A stretch of DNA of 64,000 nucleotides from contig CAMBRF010000010.1 in assembly GCA_945870225.1 (NCBI GenBank), forward strand, positions 20,880 to 84,879, written 5' to 3'. The notes below the pieces were generated by a model. The model was given only the letters and a program-made list of their open reading frames with translations, searched no databases and was not told where the DNA came from. Position numbers and translations under genes: made by a program. Numbering within the stretch: position 1 is the first letter of the stretch; each line of letters begins with the position of its first letter. This DNA is from PVC group bacterium. Its GTDB lineage: Bacteria; Verrucomicrobiota; Kiritimatiellia; CAIKKV01; CAITUY01. Of this stretch, positions 55,923 to 64,000 are shown one piece after another.

Positions 55923-55930
55923 TCCTGTTT

Positions 55931-57388
55931 TTAAAATAATCTTCGATTCAAGTCCCGGTATTGCCGGAAGGCGGCATTGTAGACGTCGCGGTTATCCGGG
56001 TTCGGGGAAATCGTCACCGTCGACCGAACCATGGCCTTCGTGGCTTCCCCGATGCCAGGGAAAAGTCCCGTGCCCACCGCGGAAAGGATGGCCGTCCCCA
56101 GGCTGGTGGTCTCTTCACAGCGCATCACCGTGATACTCCTCTGGAGGATATCCGCCTTGATCTGGAGCCAGAGCGGGCTGCGGGCCGCCCCACCCAGCGA
56201 CGTCACCTCCCGGCAATGGATGCCGGATTCGTCGAGCAACTCCACATTGTCCCGCAATGCAAAAGCCACCGATTCCAAAACCGCGCGGATAAAATGCGCT
56301 TTCCGGTGCGCCGTGGTGATCCCGTAGAAAACACCCTTCGCCTCCGGATTGATATCCGGCGAATTCATACCGCTGAAATGCGGCAGCAGAATCAACCCCT
56401 CACTACCTGGCGGAATGGCGGCGGCGGCAGCCGACAGCGCGGCATAATCGAGACCCTCGCCAAACTCATCACGAAACCAGCGCAGGATCATACCGGCGGT
56501 TGGAATCCACGGCAGCAGCACGAACAGGCCGGGAACGGCATGCCGGTAAAGCCCAATGCGCATTTTGGGATCGTAAACAGGATGCTCGACCGTCGCGCAA
56601 ACCGCCAGCGCGCAGCCGGTGGTTTCCGTTACCATGCCCGGCGCAATATTGCCCGCCCCCACCGCCGCCGCTACCTGATCGATGGGCGCCACCGTCACCC
56701 TCGTCTTCTGGCTCAAGCCCATCTCCGCGACAACCGTCCCGGCAACCTCACCGGAGTTCAACAAAAGAGGCAATTGCCCGGTCGAAATACCGAGAAACCG
56801 CAGCATCTCGTCCCACCATCCGCCCCGGCAAAGGTCATAATAGAGCGTGGAAGGATTCAGGGCATGATCCGTGGCGAACGTTCCGGTCAGGCGATAGATC
56901 AAATAGTCTTCCACCATGAGAAATTTTGAAGCGGCTTTGAAAACAGCCGGCTCATGTTGGCGCAGCCAGAGAATTTTCGCCGCCGGCCAGCCCGGAACGA
57001 TATCCTGCTGCCCGGTCACCTGATAGACCCGTTCACGTCCAAATTCCTGCCTGATAAGATCCGCCTCGGCTTTGGCCCGGTTATCGAGCCAGACAATGGC
57101 TTTGCGAAGCGGTTTTCCGTTCCGGTCGAGAACGATCAGCGTCTCCCCCTGACTGGTGACGCCCAGTGCCGTGATGCTTTCCGGCTGGACGGCAGTCTCT
57201 TTCAAGATCTCCGCGATGACAGTCCTGGCGGCTTCCCAGTAAACTTCCGGATCGAGTTCGACAACATCCGGGGCCGGATTGTCCAGGGAGTATTCATGAA
57301 CGCGCGAACACAACAGACCGCCCGAAAGGTCAAACAGTGCCCCTTTCAGGGAGGTGGTTCCTGCATCCAGTGTCAAAACCAGGCTCAT
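55931..57388 (-). CDS. FGGY-family carbohydrate kinase (xylulokinase-like)
   Basis: 485 aa. 'LTLDAGTTSLKGALFD' N-terminal phosphate-1 motif. 'GGGARSPLWLQIKADIL' FGGY C-terminal signature. Confidence 0.85.
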   Translation of the reverse strand: MSLVLTLDAGTTSLKGALFDLSGGLLCSRVHEYSLDNPAPDVVELDPEVYWEAARTVIAEILKETAVQPESITALGVTSQGETLIVLDRNGKPLRKAIVWLDNRAKAEADLIRQEFGRERVYQVTGQQDIVPGWPAAKILWLRQHEPAVFKAASKFLMVEDYLIYRLTGTFATDHALNPSTLYYDLCRGGWWDEMLRFLGISTGQLPLLLNSGEVAGTVVAEMGLSQKTRVTVAPIDQVAAAVGAGNIAPGMVTETTGCALAVCATVEHPVYDPKMRIGLYRHAVPGLFVLLPWIPTAGMILRWFRDEFGEGLDYAALSAAAAAIPPGSEGLILLPHFSGMNSPDINPEAKGVFYGITTAHRKAHFIRAVLESVAFALRDNVELLDESGIHCREVTSLGGAARSPLWLQIKADILQRSITVMRCEETTSLGTAILSAVGTGLFPGIGEATKAMVRSTVTISPNPDNRDVYNAAFRQYRDLNRRLF

Positions 57389-57389
57389 A

Positions 57390-58829
57390 TTATTTCCACT
57401 GCTCGCTGATGGCGCCCACGGTTATATCCACGAGCTTCCTGCCACCTTCTGATCCGACATTTCCGTTGATGATCAGCCCACCGTAGCCGCCGAGCTGTTC
57501 CGCGCGGAGGCTGGGTAAATAGCCGCCCGTCCCGGCGCAGAGCTGGACGACAAACGTCTGCTCCGCCGCGCTCCGCGCCTTGATCTGATGGCCGAATTCC
57601 AGATAAAGCTCGAAGGGACTCGTTACGAACACGATCCGGCCGAGTCGCAGAATATGCATTTCCAGATCAAAATCCGGCTGTGCATTCTGGCTTTCATAGC
57701 GAGCCACCGCCGCCCGGTTGTTCTGAATCAGCACAAAATGATGAAGCTTGCTGTCATACGGGCCCGGGCGTCCGGTAATGTTTTCATTCCGGCTGACGTC
57801 CTCGCAGAACTGACGGTATGCCTGATCTTCAGTCAGAACGGCTTCCAGTTCGGTCAGCTTCTTTTGGGCTTCAATATAGTCCTGATAGGAGGCCCGGCGG
57901 CGCGGCAACGAGACGGTCTTGACGTCATGGCGCAGTACAGGGGCGAAATCAATCTTCGCAGACGCCACCAGACAGGCTTTTTCCACTGTCTCCGCAAGCC
58001 TTTTCCCGAGCTCCCCCACTCCGCTTGCATGCCAGAAATCCGGTTCACCCTTGTAATTCCGGATCAAATCACGGGGCGACTGACAGCCGGCGGCACTGAT
58101 TTGACCCAAAGTCCGGAACTCCTCCCCGAAACACTGCTTGAGCCGTTGCCGGGTTTCGCCGATGAAGTCGGACGAAATCTTATAGGCAGCCTCCATCACC
58201 TGTGACGGGCAGGCGAGGTTGAGAATGACGCCCGTCGGTTTCCGCGCTTCGTCAAAGGCAAACAGCAGATCAACCCCGGAATCCTCCCCGCCCTCCATAC
58301 CGACGAAATCCTCGCGGTCGGTGCGCCCGTACATCTCCGCGGTGCCATCGGAATAAACGGCGCGCCGGCAATGCCCAACCCGGGCAAACCCCAGGGCGTT
58401 GCCGATGCCACCGGGACGACGGTTCCGCCAGGCCTCAGCCGCTGCGAAAGCAACTTTGGCCAGCATAAATTCGCGGTATTCCGCCGCAGGCAGAACCCCG
58501 GGCAATTCCGCAAGCCAACCGATTCCACAGATCCGATCAACACCGGGTGCGTTATGCGTGTGCGTCACATTCAGGAAGACCTTCAAGGACTCCAGTTCAG
58601 GCAGTTCCGCGCGGAGCCTCGCCCGCAACTCATCCTGAAAATCGGATTGGAACCCCACCAGTTCCAGGGAAACCATGACAACCTGCTCTCCCGCATCAGA
58701 CTCCATCGCCAGGGCCGTTGCCGTGAGCCGTGAATGCACACCGTCGGAAACGCGATGATAATACTGTCCGGAAAGATCAACCTTTCCTGCCGGTGTTGTA
58801 TCGACTTCAGACCAGCCTATCCGAATCAT
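57390..58829 (-). CDS. Hypothetical protein with neutral/alkaline-ceramidase-like N-terminal region
   Basis: About 480 aa from ATG at 58829 (GGGAGA RBS; track ORF extends to a TTG at 58865). 'IRIGWSEVDTTP...G' opening and His-rich 'NVTHTHNAPG' motif resemble the ceramidase/DUF-type metal-binding N-domain. Weak. Confidence 0.4.
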   Translation of the reverse strand: MIRIGWSEVDTTPAGKVDLSGQYYHRVSDGVHSRLTATALAMESDAGEQVVMVSLELVGFQSDFQDELRARLRAELPELESLKVFLNVTHTHNAPGVDRICGIGWLAELPGVLPAAEYREFMLAKVAFAAAEAWRNRRPGGIGNALGFARVGHCRRAVYSDGTAEMYGRTDREDFVGMEGGEDSGVDLLFAFDEARKPTGVILNLACPSQVMEAAYKISSDFIGETRQRLKQCFGEEFRTLGQISAAGCQSPRDLIRNYKGEPDFWHASGVGELGKRLAETVEKACLVASAKIDFAPVLRHDVKTVSLPRRRASYQDYIEAQKKLTELEAVLTEDQAYRQFCEDVSRNENITGRPGPYDSKLHHFVLIQNNRAAVARYESQNAQPDFDLEMHILRLGRIVFVTSPFELYLEFGHQIKARSAAEQTFVVQLCAGTGGYLPSLRAEQLGGYGGLIINGNVGSEGGRKLVDITVGAISEQWK

Positions 58830-58910
58830 ATTTTTATCTCCCTGAGTGCCGACCAGAATACACAAAATCGTATAGTTGCGCAGCGGATTCTACAGTCACC
58901 CCTATGAATA

Positions 58911-60671
58911 TCATGGGCGCGGACCATAGTGCTGCAGGGGGCGACCTGACTCATAAGCCCCCAGATCGGGAGCTTTCCCGGAAAACCCGTCGTTGATTGT
59001 GGGGAGGGGCTCACCCGCATCAACGGCCGGACTATCCGGTTTAAGCCTGAGGTCGACCGATACAAGGGCATAGTCACGGTCCACATCAAACGTGGGCGGA
59101 TTGACCAGACTGTCCGCAGGGACAACCACGCCATGTTTTTCCTGACCGAGCGCCGCGGCCAAATCCCCGGGAGTCGGGTATGGCTTGTTGTTATAGAAAA
59201 TGGGCCGGTCGAAACCGTCGTAATCCATGCTGGAGCGGGCATCACCGACGTTGACGTGAGCGCCTTCCCGCCCTCCCAAAAACAGGTTATTGCGTAGGGT
59301 TGAGTTACTGATGCGCGTATTGGCGCTACATAGCGAGCGCCAAATTGCCGCCATCGTCGTGTTATGAAAGAGCACGACACCTGTGGGCGCGATATATAAT
59401 TTCCAAGGCGCCTGCGTGAACCGGTAGGCGACATTATGGGTCACATAGATGGGACCCGCCAAACAAGGCTGAACACTGATGCCGACCAGACTGTCAGTCA
59501 GCCGGTTCTGCATCACGCGAATATTGCAAAGGCCATGATCCGCCTCGATGGCGTCATCCACCGTCTCGGATATGTCGTTATTATAGATATCCAGCGCGTT
59601 CTGGGCGCCATCCGGATCCGTGGCCCACGACATTGGGACCGGCAGTTTCACATGGGCGGTAGAGATACCGTCCCAGAAATATCGAACCCGGTTGAAGCAA
59701 ACGACATGCCCCCGTCCGGCAATGTTGATACCCGCTCCAAAAAAATCGTGAGTGCGCTTCTTCCAGTGGGAATACCGGCCGGTCAGGGTATTGTCGGCCA
59801 CGTACCAGTTGTTGCACAAAAAACTCCCCTTGGTCGCGCCGGTTGATATCCCATATAGGACATCACTGATCGTACACCGCCGGACCACCACGCCATTGTT
59901 TTGCAAACCGCGTATCCCCGTCCGGCCGCCACGCACGAATAATTGCTCGAAGTTCAGGTAATGGCAACCGGGCTCGATCTCAATGACACTCTTGTCGACC
60001 TGACCGCCGCCGTCAATGATGGCCTCCCCGTCCCCGGCCGCCCTGAAAATAACAGGTTCCTTCTCCGTCCCGTTCGCGGATACGCGAAAGAGGCCGGCAT
60101 ATCTTCCGGCATGCAGCAGAACCAGATCGCCGGGCTGGGCATTGGTGAACGCGCTCTGCAAGTCGGGCGCGGCAGGCTCCTGTCGGGCCCCTCTGTAATC
60201 CGCCGGGTAGACATGGACCCGGCGCTTCCCCGGCAGGTTTTCCGCAGGTTCCGCACGCGTGGCAACCGTAATATTCGTAACGGCCCGACCGCCATCCGGA
60301 TCGGCCAACTCAAAACGCACATCATAGGTGGTCGCCGGCTCCAGATTCAACACACTGCCGGCAAAAAGATCGCCGGTGACGCCATCCACTCCTGTGGTCT
60401 GCTTGCTGATGCGAAGCATTGGCAACGCCGGGTTCCAGGGAGCCTGACCGCTCTTACGATACGATACCTGAACCGTGGCATTCACGTTTTCATCCCCGCT
60501 GACCGGCCAGCGAAAAGCGAGATGATAAAGAGTCGGGTTATCGATCAGCAGGTTTCCCGGTATAATGGCGGCAGGATTGGCTGTTTCCTGAGCCCCGACA
60601 AATTGGGCCAGCATCACGAGAAAGAGCCCTATCCCCGACCACAACGCGCTTGATTTAATTCGGTTCGTCAT
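58911..60671 (-). CDS. Secreted right-handed parallel beta-helix repeat protein (pectate-lyase-fold) with N-terminal FN3/Ig-like domain
   Basis: About 587 aa from ATG at 60671 (track ORF extends to 60740). Signal peptide 'MTNRIKSSALWSGIGLFLVMLAQFVGAQE'. Recurring 'N..I..N/G..' beta-helix rungs ('YNNDISETVDDAIE', 'IRVMQNRLTDSLVGISV'). Confidence 0.55.
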   Translation of the reverse strand: MTNRIKSSALWSGIGLFLVMLAQFVGAQETANPAAIIPGNLLIDNPTLYHLAFRWPVSGDENVNATVQVSYRKSGQAPWNPALPMLRISKQTTGVDGVTGDLFAGSVLNLEPATTYDVRFELADPDGGRAVTNITVATRAEPAENLPGKRRVHVYPADYRGARQEPAAPDLQSAFTNAQPGDLVLLHAGRYAGLFRVSANGTEKEPVIFRAAGDGEAIIDGGGQVDKSVIEIEPGCHYLNFEQLFVRGGRTGIRGLQNNGVVVRRCTISDVLYGISTGATKGSFLCNNWYVADNTLTGRYSHWKKRTHDFFGAGINIAGRGHVVCFNRVRYFWDGISTAHVKLPVPMSWATDPDGAQNALDIYNNDISETVDDAIEADHGLCNIRVMQNRLTDSLVGISVQPCLAGPIYVTHNVAYRFTQAPWKLYIAPTGVVLFHNTTMAAIWRSLCSANTRISNSTLRNNLFLGGREGAHVNVGDARSSMDYDGFDRPIFYNNKPYPTPGDLAAALGQEKHGVVVPADSLVNPPTFDVDRDYALVSVDLRLKPDSPAVDAGEPLPTINDGFSGKAPDLGAYESGRPLQHYGPRP

Positions 60672-60747
60672 TCTATCTCCCTTGACACTCTTGCAGAACT
60701 CCCTGCGGCGGCCAGAAATGGCCGACCGACCGAAATCCAAGGATTAT

Positions 60748-63700
60748 TCAGCGTGTCACCTTCGGCGCGCGGAATTCCAGGCGGGGCGACTGCATCAATC
60801 CGCAGGGGACAAGCTGGTAACCCTCGAACCAGCTCTCCGCCTGGTATTCATAGGAACCCGGCCCGGTCCCAACCGGCCACTTTTCCTTCCCGTGGAACGG
60901 ACCGTGCGAATTCCGGCGGTGGCCCAGCACCTCGATCGCCAATTCCACCGGCTGATCACCCAGGAGATCCGTGATATCAACCTCATTGGGTTCCCACCCC
61001 ACGACCCCGGCGGATTTACCCCCCACAAGGACACGCACCGCTACTCCGCGATAGTCGGGCACGACAACCACCGCCCGTTCGCCTTTCTCAAGTCCCGGCT
61101 GAACCGTTCGGCAATAGGCCATGTTTCCGGAATAGAACGGCAACCCCTGCTCACACCAATCCCCCACCCTCAGCGTCTCCGGTAAAGCCGTCACGGCGAC
61201 CTTCGTTCCCTTCACCGCCACGCCAAACATGCCCAGAAGGTACACGATCTCCAGGCCCGGAAAGTTTTCAGGATAAAGGATCTTCAGCCTGATCTCATTC
61301 CGGCCCGAACGCAGCAGCATCGGGTCCAGCGGCAGCTTGCGCAATGACCGGTCGGTCCACCATCCAGCCTCCGTGTCGGATGTAACCGGAACCCCGTTCA
61401 ACGTGATCTCAAAACTGGCGGGACACTCCATGGCAAGCCAGAGCGCCCCCGACGGAACTCTCTCCACCTCGAACTCATACGTTAATTCCACCGGGATCGT
61501 GCGCGGAACCTTCGGCTTTTCTTTGGCCCACGGCTGTACCCCTTTCACGAGGCCCAGCACCTTGCGAATCTCGCCATCCACCCGGAGCACTTCCATCGGC
61601 ATCTGCCAGTCGCCGTTGCGGAGACGGTACCGGCACCGGTCGAGCACCAGCACATTGTCCTCTGACATCCGGTTAGCCCAGGCCGAATCATCAAGCCGCT
61701 CCGTCCGTGTCGAAACCAGGCGAACCGGTCGCGTCATTTTCCGCACAGTCGCCTTCTTCGAGACCACAAACAGGCGACTCCCCAGCGCCGATAGACTGGT
61801 CCTGATTTCCCATCCATCCTTCGTCGCCTTCGCCTCCACCCGAGTTTCATCTCCTGTTTCCGGATTCAACTCAACCGGTGCACCGGCGCATCCCGCAAAA
61901 CCGCGGATTCGAACTTCCGCGAAAGCGAGGGTGCGGTCACGCACCCTGCCATGGCGACCATGGACGCAATCGTCGAAACTGCCATCGAGAACGGCGCCGG
62001 GTTCAAGGACAGGCCCCCGCCCGTCGCCACACCTGTTCCGGCTGGTGTTGGCAAATTCCTCGCCCGTGTTGCAGAGAAAAAGGTAGAAGTTGTCGCCGTC
62101 CTCGCGGAGCAGGTAAAGCGCAGGGGTGATCTCATGTCCCGCGGCGTCCTGAATCGAGATCCGGCGCCCTCGGGATTCCAGCGCTTTTGACTGACCTACC
62201 TCCGCCGTCTCAAGGCACTCGCACCGGCCGGCCAGGGCCCTGACCTCGTCAGATTCCATGGCGTCCACGTAATCCGCGATGGCTCCGGCGAACACGATCT
62301 CTCCGCCGGCCGCCTTGAACTTCTTCAATGTTTGCAGGGTTGTGCACCTCATCGTCACCTGCGGGGGAACCACGACAACCTTGTATTCCGCCTTCCCCAT
62401 CCGGAGAATTGCCCGGCCGTTCTTGCGTGTCACGCGGGCATGGCGCGACATCAGTTCCTCATCGCCGTAATCGAAATCAAGATGCGCGCCGAGGAGACGC
62501 TCCGCCAACTCGGCAAACTCCCCGTTCATTGCCCTGGCCTTCCGGTCCTGCTGCCGCCAACCCGCCTTGAACATAAGCCACATGCTTTCGACCGAATGCA
62601 CGACCAGGATGTCACGCACTTCCGTCCCACGCGTCATCACCGCCACCACGCGGGCAAAGTAGTCCTCCACCTTGCCGTAGTAAGGCCACCAGGGAGACTG
62701 ATGGGAAATGGCCCCGGGATAATCGCGTTTGGCCTCCCCCAGCATCGTGTACCACGCATGATGATGGCATCTCAGGTTGATCCCCAGCGCAAGTTGCCAG
62801 TCGCCAAGGGCCTTGTGCCCGGCAAACGGGAAATCCCACCCGGTGCACCCGTAGGTTTCAGTGAGCCGCCACTTGCGCCCAAACTGCCGCGCGACGGAAG
62901 AGACCTGCTTGGCCGTTGAAAAAATTCGCGAGCGTTCAGTCAGCGCATCCATCCCCGGCGCCTGCATGTGTTCGTAGAACCGCATACAGGATCCCACGCT
63001 CGAGGTTTGGTTCAAAAGCGTGTCCTCGTCCAGCACGTGGCCGGTGAACTGGAGCCCATGCTTCCCGCACCATTCACCGATCTGCCTTGCGAACGAATCC
63101 ACGAAAAGATGCGTGACGCAGTCATGATAGTGGTAGCGCGCCGGCGTCACGGGTATGCCCTCGACGTCGAAAACGAGTTCAGGAAGATGCGGTAAAAGGT
63201 CGTATCCATACCGCTTCCTGAAGACGTCCGGAAGTTTGGGAGTCCATGACAGGATCGCCGACCCCGCTACCACCGGGTTGGTCCACATCATGTTTTCAGG
63301 ATTCGGTTCATCGGTGAAGATGCCGGGCACGCGCTTTCCGAAATCGCGGCCGCAGTGTTTCCGGTAGGCCTCGTAGGTCACCTTGATAAACTCGCGGATG
63401 GCCGCGGGGTTCAGGGTGTCAACGTAAGTCTGATTATTGAACCAGGCCGCAGGGGGCTGGATGACGACGCTGAAAACCAGAATGGATTCACCTGCCGCCG
63501 GCGCCGGAACCTTGCGGGCCGGCACGGGCTTCACCTCATAGGCTGTCGACCCTTCAATCCGCGCGGTAAATACGGCCAGGGTTTCTTGGGTCCGCTTGAA
63601 TCCCTTCGCGGTTTTCAGAATCTCGATTTTCAACTGGCGGGTGCGGTACTCGGGGTTCTTCGTCACCAGTCCACCCGCGGCGCCGGAAGGCCAGCGATCC

Positions 63701-63975
63701 TCGTCGTAGATCCAGGCGTTCATGTCCTGCTTTTCCGCCTCGTCAATGCAGGCCTTGACGCATTCGAACCAGTTCTCCGACAGGTATTCCGTATCGAGTC
63801 CCTGCCGCGCATGCATGAAGAAACCACCCAGACCCGCCGCCTTCATGCTCCGGATCTGCCGGCGCAACTCAGCGGGCTCAAGAGCTCCATTCCAGGCCCA
63901 GAACGGCGCGCCGCGACAGTCACGTCCAGGAGCCCTGAAGTCCGCCATCAACTTATCCATCCTGGTCATCTTCAA
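60748..63975 (-). CDS. Large putative glycoside hydrolase (TIM-barrel N-terminus with 'PFWAWNG...MKAAGLGGFF' motif; GH106/GH-like)
   Basis: 1075 aa. N-terminal 'APFWAWNGALEPAELRRQIRSMKAAGLGGFFMHARQGL' resembles the catalytic-barrel opening of several GH families. Multiple downstream beta-sandwich-like regions. ORF start lies 25 nt from the window edge. Confidence 0.5.
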   Translation of the reverse strand: MKMTRMDKLMADFRAPGRDCRGAPFWAWNGALEPAELRRQIRSMKAAGLGGFFMHARQGLDTEYLSENWFECVKACIDEAEKQDMNAWIYDEDRWPSGAAGGLVTKNPEYRTRQLKIEILKTAKGFKRTQETLAVFTARIEGSTAYEVKPVPARKVPAPAAGESILVFSVVIQPPAAWFNNQTYVDTLNPAAIREFIKVTYEAYRKHCGRDFGKRVPGIFTDEPNPENMMWTNPVVAGSAILSWTPKLPDVFRKRYGYDLLPHLPELVFDVEGIPVTPARYHYHDCVTHLFVDSFARQIGEWCGKHGLQFTGHVLDEDTLLNQTSSVGSCMRFYEHMQAPGMDALTERSRIFSTAKQVSSVARQFGRKWRLTETYGCTGWDFPFAGHKALGDWQLALGINLRCHHHAWYTMLGEAKRDYPGAISHQSPWWPYYGKVEDYFARVVAVMTRGTEVRDILVVHSVESMWLMFKAGWRQQDRKARAMNGEFAELAERLLGAHLDFDYGDEELMSRHARVTRKNGRAILRMGKAEYKVVVVPPQVTMRCTTLQTLKKFKAAGGEIVFAGAIADYVDAMESDEVRALAGRCECLETAEVGQSKALESRGRRISIQDAAGHEITPALYLLREDGDNFYLFLCNTGEEFANTSRNRCGDGRGPVLEPGAVLDGSFDDCVHGRHGRVRDRTLAFAEVRIRGFAGCAGAPVELNPETGDETRVEAKATKDGWEIRTSLSALGSRLFVVSKKATVRKMTRPVRLVSTRTERLDDSAWANRMSEDNVLVLDRCRYRLRNGDWQMPMEVLRVDGEIRKVLGLVKGVQPWAKEKPKVPRTIPVELTYEFEVERVPSGALWLAMECPASFEITLNGVPVTSDTEAGWWTDRSLRKLPLDPMLLRSGRNEIRLKILYPENFPGLEIVYLLGMFGVAVKGTKVAVTALPETLRVGDWCEQGLPFYSGNMAYCRTVQPGLEKGERAVVVVPDYRGVAVRVLVGGKSAGVVGWEPNEVDITDLLGDQPVELAIEVLGHRRNSHGPFHGKEKWPVGTGPGSYEYQAESWFEGYQLVPCGLMQSPRLEFRAPKVTR

Positions 63976-64000
63976 TGATCCCCTCCGCCCGCGTTCAGCC

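Noticed and set aside
55961-62086. Long plus-strand ORFs (55961..56929, 322 aa; 59943..60653, 236 aa; 61337..62086, 249 aa) antisense to the FGGY kinase, beta-helix and GH genes
   Set aside because: The same GC-frame artefact pattern. The minus-strand genes carry FGGY and beta-helix signatures.
1-64000. Mobile elements, CRISPR arrays, tRNA/rRNA genes
   Set aside because: I saw no transposase or integrase-like ORFs, and no regularly spaced short direct repeats with unique spacers. No intergenic segment had cloverleaf-compatible tRNA features. The intergenic regions are short and are accounted for by promoter, riboswitch or hairpin elements.

Overview
This is a 64-kb high-GC chromosomal window of dense, mostly long, translationally coupled genes. 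The gene content (Bat/MoxR operon with DUF4159, large secreted glycoside-hydrolase-like and beta-helix proteins) suggests a PVC-superphylum-like bacterium, which is an inference. I recognise no rRNA, tRNA, CRISPR array, transposase or integrase.

Gene content in order:
- (i) A GH2 beta-glucuronidase/galactosidase gene (minus strand).
- (ii) A plus-strand cluster of Zn-metallopeptidase, DJ-1/PfpI, VTC (polyphosphate-polymerase-like) domain protein, DUF4956 membrane protein, HlyD-family adaptor and TolC-like outer-membrane factor.
- (iii) A clear FMN riboswitch with intrinsic terminator, followed by a tightly coupled riboflavin operon ribBA-ribH-nusB-ftsY-ribD-ribE. The SRP receptor gene ftsY is embedded inside it.
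- (iv) An M28 peptidase, an FAD-linked oxidase and a LarA-type (nickel-pincer) racemase homolog.
- (v) A minus-strand block of about 34 kb containing a standalone PilZ gene and a 970-aa secreted enzyme-like protein.
- (vi) A membrane-lipid remodelling island within that block: split PAP2_C phosphatase, PlsC acyltransferase, 1132-aa MFS(LplT)-acyltransferase-acyl-ACP-synthetase fusion, membrane alpha/beta-hydrolase, UgtP/MGDG-synthase-like glycolipid glycosyltransferase, and a YiiX-type permuted-papain protein. Two adjacent genes in this island share their first 16 codons.
- (vii) A flotillin/NfeD pair, an unusual 1539-aa thioredoxin-HEAT-thioredoxin-CcdA(DsbD) fusion, a DUF4159 protein and a MoxR-DUF58-BatA-vWA 'Bat'-type operon.
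- (viii) An MFS transporter whose internal segment reappears as a 269-nt degraded direct repeat 2.6 kb away, flanking a TMEM43-family membrane protein gene.
- (ix) A sugar-utilisation group: AraA/FucI-like isomerase, FGGY kinase, ceramidase-like protein, beta-helix protein and a large GH-like protein.

The most unusual items are the giant Trx-HEAT-CcdA redox protein embedded in the extended Bat/MoxR operon, the lipid-remodelling island with a duplicated N-terminal leader, FMN-riboswitch control over nusB and ftsY, and the MFS-fragment direct repeat around the TMEM43-like gene.

All family assignments come from motif recognition by eye, not database searches. Coordinates derived by hand-counting (RNA elements, repeats) may be off by 1-2 nt.
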